Positions 24,802-39,800 of a stretch of 64,000 bases of DNA are shown here, in pieces. The number at the start of each line of letters is the position of its first letter. Within the stretch, counting starts at the first letter, position 1. The position numbers and the translations under genes are program-made. Source of the stretch: Phoronis australis (Eukaryota > Animalia > Phoronida); contig NMRA01000116.1 in NCBI GenBank assembly GCA_002633005.1, positions 786,047-850,046 of the forward strand. Reading direction: 5' to 3'. The notes under the pieces were generated by a model that was given only the letters and a program-made list of their open reading frames with translations, had not been told where the DNA came from and did not search any database.

Positions 24802-27800
24802 TCATGGATTATAGGTGCATTGTTGGAGGAAGAACCCAAAACCAGGTGTACTGCACAGTGCTACGAAGCGTCCATACTCCCAAAATGAAATCTGAGTAAT
24901 AATCCCTTCTGAGTGAAGGTCTTCCCAATTAAAACCCCAACACTGACTAGTAAGCCTTCTCTTGACAACCAAATACAGTTCTGATGACATGATCAGCGCC
25001 AACAGTGTCAAACATACCTGAGATCAACAAAATTAATATGACACGCCCAGCACCGGCATGATTCAGACATACCTCATCAACAAATATGATACCAATTACA
25101 TGATCAGCACCAACAATGATATACCTCAACAGTGTTTTCACACATACCTAATATCAACAAATATGACATGACCAGCACAGACAATGATTCAGACATACCT
25201 TATCAACAAATATCACCGTGACGTTACTTTTGAAGAGACCAGCACCAACAGTGATGCAGATACACCTTATTGGCAGGAAGAGATTGGCAAATATCGTACT
25301 TATGATAAGACCAGCACAGGCAATGATTCAGACATACCTAATATCAAAAAATGGTACTGATGACAGGACCAGCACTGACAATGTTTCAGACGTACCTTAT
25401 CAACAAATATGGCACCCAAGGAGCGTCCAGTAGCTACATCCCACAGTGTCACTACACCATTACCACTGTTTGTACAGTAAGTCAGAACATGGCGACCACT
25501 GTGTGACACAGACACAGCCACATGGTTTTTCAACTTCATATGTCTCACACCTGCAGCACATGAAATGTTTTTGATGTTGAGTAAACATTTTAAAGAAACA
25601 CTTCTTGACAATTAATACTAATACGAGCATTATAATACAGTGACTCGTATTAGCACATTTTCAGTCAGTTCAACTGAAATTTAATTAATTAAAAACCATC
25701 AAATATTTATTGAAAGGATGCCTTCACATTTAAACTTACTGTACAAATCCAAAGTAAAAACCTAATATTATCCACACATAACTGAAGAACTTTCATGTTT
25801 TATCCATCCAACTGTACAACAGTGTCATATATTTGAAACCAGAATGCTGCATACTGAATAGTGTGCATCAAACTAAATTACGTGTGATTGTACTTTAATT
25901 ACATTGTAATTCGCAGCATACAGGACTACTGTAAGTTTCAGACTTGTAATTATTGTAAGACTTATTTCATATTAAAAGATCATGTTGCAAAACTAAACAG
26001 TAACATAATGAAAGCTCTCAATTAGTCACTATCAAGACTAGAAATGTTTGATAAGATTCTGATGCAAAGTACACATATTGCTAGGCACAAAACAAAAGTT
26101 AAGAAATCTAAAATTGCCTCTTTGGTATAACTCTTAGATCAACTTGAAAGTTAACAGCAGAGTTCTGCTTTATGAAAGTGTCTCAAGACTGAAATTTAGT
26201 TTTACGCTGACTCCCACTTCACAATGGCTGAAAAAAGGTTTAGACAATTAATAAATAATGAGCTCATCACAGGTCTAAATAATTTATAGAACCCAGTAAT
26301 TAGTGGTTTTGTTTGTATATTCTCAGAGATTTTAAACTTGAGTACAACAGAGACTTAATTATTTTTCAAAAATAATTGTGTTGAGCGTAAGACCAAATTT
26401 TTTCTCAAGTCTTAAGTGACTTTTCACAAAACGTGACCCCACAAAAGTGACTTTTCACAAAACGTGACCCCACAAAAGTGACTTTTCACAAAACGTAACC
26501 CCACAAAAATTTATCTTCTATTATGCACACAGTTGCCTTGTTGTTAGTCAAATACCTTTTTCAACGTCCCAGACATGATAATACACAGCCTTCTTGTGCA
26601 TCTTCTCCACTAACGAGGCTGTTGATATGATCAGAAGATTGTCCGTGTTAAACATCAGCTGCGTGTTCAGGTAGTGATAACACTTGTGGTGCCATCTGTG
26701 AACTATACATCCTGTAAAATGAAACCATGACACTAATGTCTTATGAATTGATCAGTAAAAGCATTTTTGTTGCCATAATCAAATGACCTCTATTTGGTGC
26801 AAAGTGTATTTGTGTAAAGGATACACTGCACGTTAAAAAGTCTGTATTCTAGCCAAAAGCAGATGTTTTCAAGATGGAACACTGTGTGCCTACGATTCGA
26901 TTTGAGAGTTACAGAAAATACAAAACAAATCGTTATCTCCCTCTACAACTCCGAAAAGTTGGAAGAAATTGTAGCAACTTTGTTGAAGTTGAACCCAAAT
27001 TCCCAAAATATCAGTACTAGTCTTTCTTTGAAGAGCTGATTATGATCTGGACACATGTTATCTCAATGAAGACAATCTTCTGCTACTGCACTCTGTCAAC
27101 TGACTTCACTCAAGCAATTCCACATCTTACTGAACTTACCCTGTCTCAAGACATATGAGAAAGGGCAATAGTTGCGGAAACCACTCTTGAAAGGGTTTCT
27201 TAAAGATGAAACAATTCAACAAAGCCACATCGTTTTGCCTTGATATGTTCACCGGAAAAAATTCAGATGCCAAAAAATGACCCATGAGCCTTTTGTACAT
27301 AAATCACAAATTCATGACTGTCCTGGTGCAAGCTAAGAGACAAGAGTCTGAATGCCCTGTACTCTACCAACAAACTTCTGAATCAGTCTTTCTTTAAATT
27401 AGTATATCACTCAAGCAATTCCGTATCTTACCTATCATGAACTCTCACATAGGCATTGAAAGTAAACACCGATTAAATTAAAAATAATAAATTTGTTATT
27501 GATGTACGTGTACTATCTGTCAATCACTTGTCAATCACCAGTTAGGTTGCTGTCAAATAACGAGGAGGCAGTGTGGCCTAATGGCATAAGTGTCCGTTTT
27601 CTTTACTAAACGTCGTGAGTTTAGTCGCATTGGGGCACACTGCTAGACCTTGAGTCAGGTATCTGGCTCCTCAGCTAGGTTTTAAGTTAATGGTTCCAGT
27701 GCAATTGGCCCACCTGAGCAACCTGCGGACGTCTAGTGCAACGTGTACCAGACCACCTGCAGTTACGTTTTTTAATGAAATGGTGAAAGACAATCACCTT

Positions 27801-30800
27801 TCTTCAAGTTCCATACAACAATCCCTGGTAGTGTTCTGCCAGCATGTCCAGGCTCAACGCTATGCACAACCTTCTCAGTCATCATAGCCAGGTACTGGCC
27901 ATCAAATGACAAACAGGCAGTAAACAGTGACATGTCATACTGTAATAGACAAAAAGAAAAATAATAAGCACAGATGTGTGAAAGACAAATGGAAAAAGAA
28001 TTAAACACAGATGTGTCAAAGAGTGTGGATGACGAGCACACTTAAAAACACATTTTGTCAAAGTGGAAGACCCAAACAGACACATGGTCAATAGTGATTG
28101 CCAAAGTACAAAAGACGAACACACGCACTGGGGATTTCTGAAAAAGTCCTCACTAATGTAAAGCCCCCATTGGGGCTCTTCAGGAAACCAGCCTCAAAAA
28201 AGCCCCCAACGGGGCTCTTTAGAATGTACGTCCAAGACATTGTTAACATTCGAGCAAGACATTAATATTCTCAATTTTTGGTCTTCACAAGGACTGGCAA
28301 AATTATTTCAAGTTGCCACAAGTCAACAGAAACATCACTGGACTTCTGCTGTATTAGCCAAGCTGCCGACAAAGCGAAACCTTTCTCTTACATGATACCT
28401 TAAAAGCCCAAGGCTGAATGAGGGCACTGTAGGCGATAATTATACAAGTTTCCGAAAGAGCCCACAACTTTTTTCAGAAAAAATTTGTTTATGGATGCAA
28501 AAGCAATTCTAAAATTGCTTTTGGAAATCCCCATAAGGTCTCAAACAGAGATGTTACCTCATCTAATACATTGTTCAGAAAATAATGTGAATCTAAAAAC
28601 AATATCCAATGCAAAAGAAAGCAAAATATGAAGCAATGACATGCCGAGAGTGAGTACAAAAACGAGGGCAGACATTTCAAAACAAACCTCTCCATCTACT
28701 GTGTCATTATCTTCTAATCCCACGACAGTATTTTGTTGAATGTCCCACACAAACAGACCAATCAGGTGGTAGACGGTGAATACAGCCACAAGGCCACTCC
28801 TACTCACTTCAAGGTGCTGTGGAAACAAAGACACAGAGAAACCAATTAGTATCAAACTTTACAGCAACTTCAGCTTAAGTGTTTGACAGTTAGAAATGAA
28901 AATTATCAAAGTTTCATGCTTTCCTATACTATGAAGTAATAATTTCAAAAGAATATAGGTCGTGCTCGTCTTTATAACAAAATTTCATTCTTGTGACTTG
29001 AAGAAACCCTTCAAAATGTAGGCTTTTAACTGAAGAGAAAAAGAGGTCTGAATCAAACAAAAACAGAAAATGTTTCGACTCACTACAAATACCAACAGGG
29101 TTTTCAAAAAAAATTAATTATGTTGAAAAAATTTTACCTTCATTCATGCCAAGAATTGTGACACTAATGGCTTAACTCACATTCTTGTGATTTAGTAATT
29201 GACCCAATTATGTTGCACAGAATTAATGAGGAACATAATATGGCAAGTTTATACAAAAATTTTAGGTTGTAAAAGTTACATTTATTGTCTGATTTTCAAA
29301 ATTCAATCACGTGTACTTTTCACAAACTATTCACATATTATAATATGCTACTTGACAACTTTCAAAATAGAAATTTAAAAAATCGACAATACTATTGTCA
29401 CCCACAGTATGATGATCTCATTATCTAAAGAAGATAACAATTGATAACCTGAGGCGATGTAATTAACGACAACAACATGCCGACAATGTCTTTGATCCAT
29501 GCCGCCAAAATTTCAAGGTACACAAACTGGTTGAGTTGCCCAATCTTCGACAGGTGAGAGTGTCAACTTAGGATTCTTTTCATGATTAAGGCTAAATCTA
29601 ACAGCAAATGACATTAATTTTTTTTTGAAAATTGAAAAATTGATCAGAAGAAATTTTGAAAACTATTGGTATAGTTTACTAAGTGCATAAACAAGTATCA
29701 TTGCAGTGGCGGATCTAGGATATCACAAGGGGGGGGCCCAACATTTTGTCCGGCTGTAAACATTTGCGCAAACTGAACCACGATTGTAGATGCGCATAGC
29801 ACCGAATGGGGGGAGGTCGGGAGGGGAGTTCGCCCCCCTCCCGCCCAGGAAATTTTTCTATTTTTACATCTAAAAATCAAGTATTTTCCTTGATTCCTGA
29901 AGTATTATCCAAGAAAAAAAGGCAAAAAAAAAAACACGGAGAACGTGTCNNNNNNNNNNNNNNNNNNNNNNNNNNNNNNNNNNNNNNNNNNNNNNNNNNN
30001 NNNNNNNNNNNNNNNNNNNNNNNNNNNNNNNNNNNNNNNNNNNNNNNNNNNNNNNNNNNNNNNNNNNNNNNNNNNNNNNNNNNNNNNNNNNNNNNNNNNN
30101 NNNNNNNNNNNNNNNCTTCGATTAAAATTCCCATCTTACCAGCAGCTTCTGTTTTTTCATCGTCACTCAGGTTCCATCTTCTTTAAAAAATGAAGTAAAT
30201 TTTCTTCATTGCACAGTGGAGCAGACGACGGAAACTGAGTCGTAGTGCGCAGCGCCACTGCAGGGTCGCCTGGGATATCGCGGGAGAGCCTATACTTAAC
30301 CATAGTTCCGTTACGAATGCGCTGTGTTCCGAATTTGACACTTGAAATTGGATTTGAGCCCCCCCCCTCTCCCCCAACACTAAAGCTGCACACATTTAAA
30401 TCTTTTTTAATCCGTATAATTTTAATTACCAGGGTTAATTAATAAACTCAACTTTTCCCTACGCTCTTACTGTTTTATTTTTTTTTGCGGCAGCTAAGGG
30501 GGGGGGGGCCCGGGCCCCCTGGGCCCCCCCCCTAAATCCGCCTATGCATTGAACACACGGCTTGACTTTAATTTTTCCAGTTTTTCACGATGTCATACCA
30601 CAGTCTCCAACTATTAATATTGCCAAAACTCTGGCTTCATTAACACTTGGTTTTCCCTAGTGGTGACTCTGTCATCCTGACATATGGACTTTAAAAACTG
30701 TTATAACTCATAGATTCTTTATATCATGTCTCTGGGACAAATCTTGTGACATCTGACTCCTGACAATAGAAAAACAGTGCGACACTTTGTTGCAACATTT

Positions 30801-33800
30801 TCACACCTTCATAGAGGAAGCAGGATGATCAAGTGCTGACAAACACTAAGACAGCTTAACAAACCTTAATGACTTTCTGTTGTGGCATGTTAATTTCTTT
30901 TAGAGTCGCAGCCTTGATAAAATCAAACAGGATTGCAGTTGTTCCATCTCCCACGGTCATGATGACACATGGCCTGTTGTTAAAGCTGATTACCTCACCC
31001 CACACTGAGTGCACATCAGTCCTGATAGATGACAGCACCTAAAAGATTAGAGATGTCATCAAAATGAGATGCGTTATTGCTAACTGAAATATATTGCCTC
31101 TCAAAAAGTCTAAAATGCTTCATTTGGCTCATTTAGTTTTTGAACATTCCAATTTTTAAAAATTCTCCATAACTTTAAATGTATGTCCATCAAAAATACA
31201 AAGAACTCTAAAAACTAAATAATAGTGCGGTTAATGCAGCTCTTACCATCCTCACAAATTTGAACAACTTGAAAGACTCGACTTCCAATAGCAAAATAAG
31301 AACAGGACGTGATCTGTACCATTAGCTACCAGTAGCTGTTAAATGGAGGAAACTTGAAAACTTTTACTTACCTTCTTGTTCACAAAATCAATGCCTTGCA
31401 GATTTTCATTGACTAGCATGATGGCCGACTGTTTGTTAACAGGAAGTAAGATGGAGGTAGCTGGTATGACCATCTCAAACAAAGGTTGCAGGCTATTGGA
31501 AGTTAGCACAGAAACCTTCTGAACAGAGTCACATGTCGGGTCAACTGGAACAAACAAGAACACACAATCATGTGGTTAGAACTTAATGCACTGGTTTAGA
31601 GTGTACGCAAAGTCCTGGCATATTTAGGTCCTGCATCATGAGAAATGACTTATAGCTCAAGACAGAAATTTGATCTTACCCTCCCACTTCAGAATTGCTA
31701 AATAAAGGTTAAGTCATGAAATTAATAGCATGTCACAGTCTAAAAATAATTTATAGAGCCTCCTAATTGTCCTATCACAAGCTCCGTCCCCTTGCGAAAT
31801 GTCAACAAAAAATAAGTTTTACTCAGCATCGTGTTGTCAGTCGGATAAAATGGAGGTTTGAAAAACAAAGGTGTGTCAAGAATGCTGCGTTCTGATTGGT
31901 CAGTTAAGCCGTCACTCAAAGTCCTGGCGATAGGTCAATTGGCTAAGAGCGTAGCTATTAAATTTACTTCATTGTAACTCTTGTTCCTCTAGAATCCAAA
32001 TGAAAACGGTTTGTTTTAGAAACATCTGTGAGCTCATGGCAAACTGTGCTGGTATGAGTAAGCCTTTTTGAGAGTCACACAATCCATAGTTTGACTGATG
32101 ACAGGAAGTTTTCCTCGCAGTAAATCTTGTAGGAAGATAGTTAGAGTCTAGTTATATTTCGAATAGCTGTATTGGAAAAGAAGGAAGAAAACATGACCGT
32201 CCCTATTCACAAAACTGTATACAGTCAATTTAAGTACGGCTGAAAAATGTGTTTATTATTTTAATTCTTTAATGAATTGATGCCTTGAAATTCGAGGCTA
32301 TATATTTGTAGCTGACAGGGCCCATTATCACTTCTGCTCTGAATCTGCTCAGATATCAGAAACAGAGACTTTTATTTATCATCACCACTTAATCAATAGT
32401 GAATCAATGGTTTTCTCTTTTTGACCAGAACTTCTTCTTCTCACAGCCAAGATCTTCTAGAAATATTTGCACCTCCACAGGTTATTCTTAGACTAGAACT
32501 TGTTGATAAAATTTCAGAAAACATCTGACGTGAGGCAATAGAATGGTGACCAGAAGGTTACTCCAACTAGGTATCACAGCAGTTAACGTTCACTGAGTAA
32601 TAAATTATTGTATTTGATCAAATGGACAACTGAATAAGGGCTTGATGGCCTTTTATTCAAGTGTGGATGTTTTGTTTGATATAAACTGGTAAGCTGAAGG
32701 GACAAAAAGCAATATGTCATCAAACACGACAGGTACCTGTAGATATCAACAGCACACTAGGGTCACCGGGTATGTAGTGAGAGAGATGAATGTTCTGAGC
32801 AGGCTCTGCAGCTTTCAGGCCCTGACCATGGGTCAGATGGGATGTGTTCCATATCAGCAACTTGAAGTCGCAAAGCATGGTCAGCACAACCTCTCCGGTC
32901 AAACTGGCTGCCATGATGATAGCCTTATCATGTTGTATATTGTGCAGTTGTTTCTGAAACGAGCGCTTCAATGCAGTAATTAACACAGTAATTAACACAG
33001 ATGAGAATTTAATGCCATTTCATAGCATTAAGAATTCGAGCTTCTCAACATATTAGCAAATGAAACTGAAAATAGACCAGCTAATTTACCACACAACACA
33101 GTTCAGTTGTTTGCCAGTGAGGGCTGTTATTGACCAGTGACTGCAAACTACAATTCAGAACTATAAACAGCATGAGTCACAACATTAAGAATGAAGAATG
33201 ACACATTATAACAAATTGGAGCCTAAACTGCTTGCAGACAAACAGTTTTAATAATCAACTCATTACCTGTAACAGTTGCACGGAACAGAAAAGAGCTACT
33301 ACCTAACAGATATTCAATAAGTTTTTAGATGATTGAAATGTCTCTTTTACTCACTCGGCAGTAAACTGTCATTTCTTGAATAAATGTACCAGCAATAGCA
33401 ACACAGAGGATTGACATGCACCACCTGTGGGGAGGTCACTCATATTGACAAGGTGCCCGCAGGCGTGGTCCCATGGGTCTACATCCGAAATGATGGCTTT
33501 TTTTAGTCTTTTTTTTACCCATTTGATTTGCATATTGGCGCATGCGCCTAAGTTTTGTACTTCCACACAGACCCTTTTGGGCCTAATGACGTGGCAATAC
33601 AGTAATCATCCTTTGAGTGATTTAGCTTATAGAGAGGAACATGCAAAAATTGATAGTAAAAAAAGCATTGTCAAATTTTCGAAATTTCTTGAGAATCTGT
33701 CAAAGAACTCCGAAGATACAAATAAAAACAAACATTAAAATTGCCACTAGGGGGCACAATCTTATGGTAATTGGATTTGTTCAAAAATTCTCTCATGCCA

Positions 33801-36800
33801 TCCCATCCATGATAGGAAAACGTCAGTTCTGCAAAATTTCAAGAACATCCACCAAGACGTTTTGGCAGTACAGCAACTGACCCTGTGCAGATGAGGGATG
33901 AGGATATTATGTACCTGCACGTGTGGGTGGAAAAAAATCAACAGAGTACTGCACAGTAATGTTAACAGCACAGCACACAAAGTCCTACCTGTGAAGCTAT
34001 ATCCCAGATGGTGAGCACATTATCGTGTATAGCTAAAAGCTGTTGACCATCATGTGTCACAGTGAATTCATTGTACAAACTTGACAAGTCAACTCCAAAG
34101 CTTGATACCTGAAAGAAAAAATGTAAAGGATTAGCGAAATGCAACCTCAACCTCACATTTAGCTAATAGCCAGAAGTGGCCAATGTAAATGCAAAAAATA
34201 TGCAAAATGTTGTTGCACAAACAGACAAAGGTGAGGTAACAGTTTACACAAGAACTGACACCATGAGGCGTCACCACAGAACAGAGTGTCAAGACTCACA
34301 TTTCAAAACTAGTCACATGATTGTATCCACCAATGAAATGTTACCAAAAGAGCACTGGTGCCCAGAGGGCATCACTTTTATAACAAAACGCATACTGATC
34401 GCGAGAGCATTAGCATATTCTTGGCTCTGCGACATTGCAAGAAGACACGTCGATTAGAATTTAAAATTACTCACCAACTGGCCAGTGTTCAAGTCGTAGG
34501 TCTCTGTGTCTGAACTGGCATTTTTCAGCACCAGTACCTGATTGGACACTGTCACGAACAAGTCATCAATTTTAGCCTCAGGGTCATGGCTAAAGACCTC
34601 CACTCGCCGAATGTCGGACATGTCTTCACAATTGAGGATGAAGAACTTGTTGTCATGGAGACAAATCACAGCCAAGTTACGCCTACACTTAATGACTGGT
34701 GTGGCATGTATAGCTGAGTCATCACCACGGTGCAGTTCAAGTTGATGACTCCCCACTGACTGTGTCATTGTTGGGAATTTATAGAAGTGCACTGCTTCAC
34801 CATTGTAGACTGGAATGGTAACAGGGTAATGTTAAAGCCATCTTTGAAACCAATTGGTTTAGTGTAGAAACTTTGTTTTGTTTTTAAATAACTAAAGGCG
34901 AGTGAGCAATTCCCTAATTACATATCACAATAGCCTGGTCCGGTGTCTTACTTCAGTTTTCAAAGTCATGATTTTGACTTGATCCTCTTAATGCTGTGTC
35001 ATAAACCTGCGGAAAGAAGACAACAGGTGAAATTACCTCTACTTCTGGAGATCAAAACTACTCGGCCAGAAGCTAGCCACCTGAAACTCCCTGATCAACC
35101 ATGTCTGACACTGCTGTATAGAGACCATCCACTAAATGTGAATGCACATGTGAAATCACAATGGCTTTGCATCTACACAATGCTGATGCCAATACATATT
35201 CGACAGAAGAAAATAATAAATGTATTCTATCCAAACAAGACATTTTTGTCACGTTAAACCTGTCCACAACTTCTTATTTATAGACACAGAAGATATCTAG
35301 ATCTGGGGCTGCATGCTCAGTTTGTTACAAAATCATCAAGCTAGCAAAGTATACACCAACCTGTTAAATGTTGACAACCAAACAAAGTCACCTCCCCAAA
35401 GACACAGGGAAAGTTCCTGACAGAGGGCACCACCAGATGATGAAGTAGTTCGGCTGTACTGAAGTCGTACACAAGGACGGTGTTAACAGAAGAGGCAATC
35501 ACTAGTTTGATGGAGTGCAAAGCCACCTGGCACAGATCTGAATCACACTTCACACTGGTGTCAATGTTGTGAATGAGGTAACCATATCGAATATCCCACA
35601 ACTCCAATGACTTTAAGAAGCCTGAAATGACAGAAATCGTAAAGATTGTAAAATACTAAAACAATACAATTACTAGTCTAACCACCTACAAACAGAAGTT
35701 AAATCTCTATTATCTACACTTCACATTTTTAGCTGGCTAAAAATGAAAATTGAATTAGGCCTTTAGCTCTCATAAAATCAACTCATAATTATATTCCTTA
35801 CAATGATACCTGATTAACAAAAAGAACCACCAGCGACTCAGAAAAACACTTCTCAGTTCCTTGCCATGGCCAACCCAAAAATTGCAATTTCAAACAATGT
35901 TTCATGTATGCATTACCTGTGAATTGAGTTGATGAAGGAAATAGAATCCTATAATGGTAAGGAATACTATGGGACTAATTTGATGATAGTAAAAGGTGTA
36001 ATTCAATTTTCACTATTTAGCCAGCTAAACAGGGCGAAATGCAGCTTCAAATAAACATAATGTATCTGAAAATATGACAACATAGAGAATGAAAACAGGG
36101 TGCTTTTTAAATCCCTCTAAGTTAAACAATCTCATTACCTTGTCCCATGCTATTAAAGGTAGCTTCACTGATTTAAGACTCATCAGTGCTGTTTTAACCA
36201 TCAATTCTGATTGGCTCTGTACTCAATGATAGACATTTATTTATTTATTATTTATTTATTATTGTGATATTTAAAATGAGGGAGGCCTCTTCAGTGATAG
36301 CACTGCTTTCCAAGAGGGCCTTCAACAAGAAAAACAGTAATATAATACAATGAAGTAATAAAACAACAATGAAATATACGTAACAAAGATACAATTAAAA
36401 CAGGTTGAGAATTAAATGACAAATGATGGTAAAAATTTAACTAAGACAGATGAAATAAATTAAGAGATGGCTCTAGACAATGAGAGTATTTACGACAACG
36501 AAAAAATGACATGATTAAGACAGGCAGGGTATAAAAGGTTAAGTAAATTACAGCCACTTTTTAATATTAACTTTAAAGGTAGTAATTGAATTGGACTGAC
36601 ACACTGCTAGAACAAGTGTATACTTTTAAGGGTCAAAACTGATTCTCTCTTGATGTTCCCTTCATCAGCCTTTCCCACTTTTACTCTAGGGCAATACACC
36701 TATAAGAGGTGGCTCCCACTCTCACACGCTCCATCCCCAAAAGTAAAAATTTGCACTTTTGCAAGAGAGACATTCAACTTCATTACCAATGACAGCATGT

Positions 36801-39800
36801 TGTTTATCTGCAGAGATGTCAATCGCATAAACAGCAAGCCCACATTCAATGCGCTTGTACTGATTATCCGGTTTCTTGGACAAGTTTGTGGCCAAGAAAT
36901 GCCTGAGAGCACCCCCTGGTGGTGTCAGGAAGTTGGTGACAGGCTTCAGGACTGGTATGTCACATTGGTCCGCAATGGCACATTCAAGCAGGCGGTAAAT
37001 ATGACCCTGAAAATAGCAAATAATGCACCATCTGATTTTGACATTAAACTGGGCACGAGCTCTTGATATGTAGCAAATAGAAGATGCCCTTTGATTAAGT
37101 TTAAAACAAATTTTTGAATTTTAATGAAATACAGAATCTGTGTTAAAATATTCTAAAAATAAACTTAAGAATTTTTTTTTATCTTCTGGAAAATGCAAAT
37201 CCATAGTTACATGTTTGACGGAGTGATCCACCCTTGCGATAATTTGTAAGGCCAATTGTCTAGGATCAGTTCTTAGTGCATCATAGGATAACTGGATGAT
37301 GTCAAACACGGCCGCAATGTCCTCGTCATCAGGAAAGGCTTCCATAGCCAATATCAAGTCAGACTGCAACTTTCTAAAAAGTAATTCAAGGTAGAGAGCA
37401 AATATCAAAATAATGAAGATTTTTATCAAAAACAGTAACAAGAAATTTCATTTCAACAGAATCACTCTGCTAAATTGCAGAATCTGTTACAAGTTTGATA
37501 GCAAGGAATTACTATCCATAATAATGGAACTTAAATTTTTTCAAATCACCATCTTCAAAGAACAACTTCATGACAAATCAAGTTGGTAGGAGCCAATTTA
37601 GGCATTACAGAAAAAATATCTATACAAAATTAAAAATATTTACTTGCCATATTAAAAATATCAAATTATTTTAGACAAAACAGGTTTTGAAAAGTGGCAC
37701 TGCAGAGCTGTCATTTATTTCTTTATTATATTTAAGTACAGAAATATACTACACCAACCCTTTAATTATAATTTCAATTTTGTACTGATTAGTACTGATC
37801 ACATTTTATTTTCAATTAATGTCATAATACACTCACCTGAGTGGTTTACCTCTCAATTTTGTCAACAGAAAATGGAAATTGCAAAGAGCTTGTGTCTTGA
37901 GCAGCTCCACCTGGAGGCTTTTGACAAGATGATACGGAAGCTCACTAAGCTTTCTGAGATTACAGGAGCCATTTCCGTACAGCAGAGGTTGGGGCAAAAC
38001 ATGCCTGTTGGCAGACAACTGATCACCTGCACCAGAGGTGTATGGCTTTTCAACTGAAATGGACACAAACAGTTCAATCCACATGACTAGTTTACAGTCA
38101 AACTGGTACAGTATAGGGTGGTCCAAATAGTTAATAAAGATTCAACGGCAAAGTCATCATCTTTGGGTTTGAAACAAATACTGTATGAGAGAACATCATT
38201 TTCATCTGGTCATTTGTTAAAACCAACAAAAGTCCAACAAAAATCATTTCAAATGTGCAACATAAACCACAGCATGTGAATGGTAAAGCTGTGTATACCT
38301 GGTGATTTTTTAGTTGCATGCTTTTGTTCAAGTTAGTATTTGTACAAGGAACGGCTATAGTACAGATATGGCATTATCCATTAAGGGCTCAGCTATTCAA
38401 AATGCATAGGAGGTAATAAAACAATTATCTTCTCAACCAGGACCACAAACCCTTTGTTCACCTGTATTTACTTACACATGCCATCTGGAGCAGCTGCATG
38501 GCTATGAACAGGGTTCACAGAGAACTACATTCACTGGCCTTGCATGTCAGTTTCAAAAGGCCTATTGTTTGAAAACTATACCCCATGACTTACAACCATC
38601 CCAAAAACTCTAAGCACCTAAAAGAGACTAGTTACCCCTCCAACCCCAAAATGTTCCCAGACTACCCTACTGTTATGATATCATACTTTCCAAACCTAAT
38701 ATGCTTTTGAACATAATTATTGATGTTCGCGACCTTACGTATTAAAAAATCGCAGTTTGCTTTGTTGTCTACGGCAATATCATTTAACACATAGTCAGAG
38801 TTCTCTAAAGTTTACCATTGGCCCACTTCCCCATGAAATAGTCAGCCATATTGGTGTGCAGTAGTTTACTCTCTACTGGATCTGACAAGAAGTGCGACTT
38901 GGCGATGACCTTGTATTGTCTGTCAAACCAGCAAATGACCTGCCTATCGTCTGCTTCAAATCGAGAAAGGTTGTTCCCCATGGATACATTCAGGCGAACC
39001 TAAATGGATATGAACATTTAAGTACCGCACTGTACACAATATTATCTAGGACCTTCGTGGGCGCCTCAGGTAATCATTAAATGAATTACGTTTGTGAAAC
39101 CCTCTCACTTTTCATCAAATAAAAAAATTTAAATACGTCCATTTTCAACACTTACCTGAAATCTTGATGTCAAAACATTTTCTGTTTTTGTGAACACTGT
39201 CATTTTTAATAACCTAAACCATGCGAGACTTTGTGTCTGAATTACACATTGACTGTCAATATTCAGGGAACAGTGTCTGAATTACACATTGACTGTCAAT
39301 ATTCAGGGAACAGAGTCTCAACTACACATTGATTGTCAATGATATTCAGGGAACAGTGTCTGAATTACACATTGACTGTCAATATTTAGGGAACAGAGTC
39401 TCAACTACACATTGACTGTCAATATTCAGGGAACAGTGTCTGAATTACACATTGACAGTTAATATTTAGGGAACAGAGTCTCAACTACACACTGACTGTC
39501 AATATTCAGGGAACAGTGTCTCTGATATTTTATTCATGCTCAAACAACAAAGATATTGTTTTGCAAACAATTTCATTTTGATTGTCCATTGTTCAATGGA
39601 AAATCACAAATCAGACACAAAAAAATTTAAAAATTTATGATCTCGTGACAAAGTAAGTGAGCCAAATTTCATATGAATTGGCTCACGCACTGCATGGAAA
39701 TAACTAAAATCAATTGTTATCCCAAGCAACTCGCATATTTGGCGCATAAACAAAATGAACTTAAAATACAGAAGGTTATACAAGACACCAATACTGAATT

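Noticed and set aside
29806-30193. ORFs containing X runs
   Set aside because: Artefacts of the N gap.
36650-37066. 138-aa plus-strand ORF
   Set aside because: Antisense shadow of an NWD-like coding exon; no recognisable features.
39234-39521. CRISPR-like array with palindromic repeats
   Set aside because: Units are contiguous with no unique spacers; eukaryotic intron; no cas genes.
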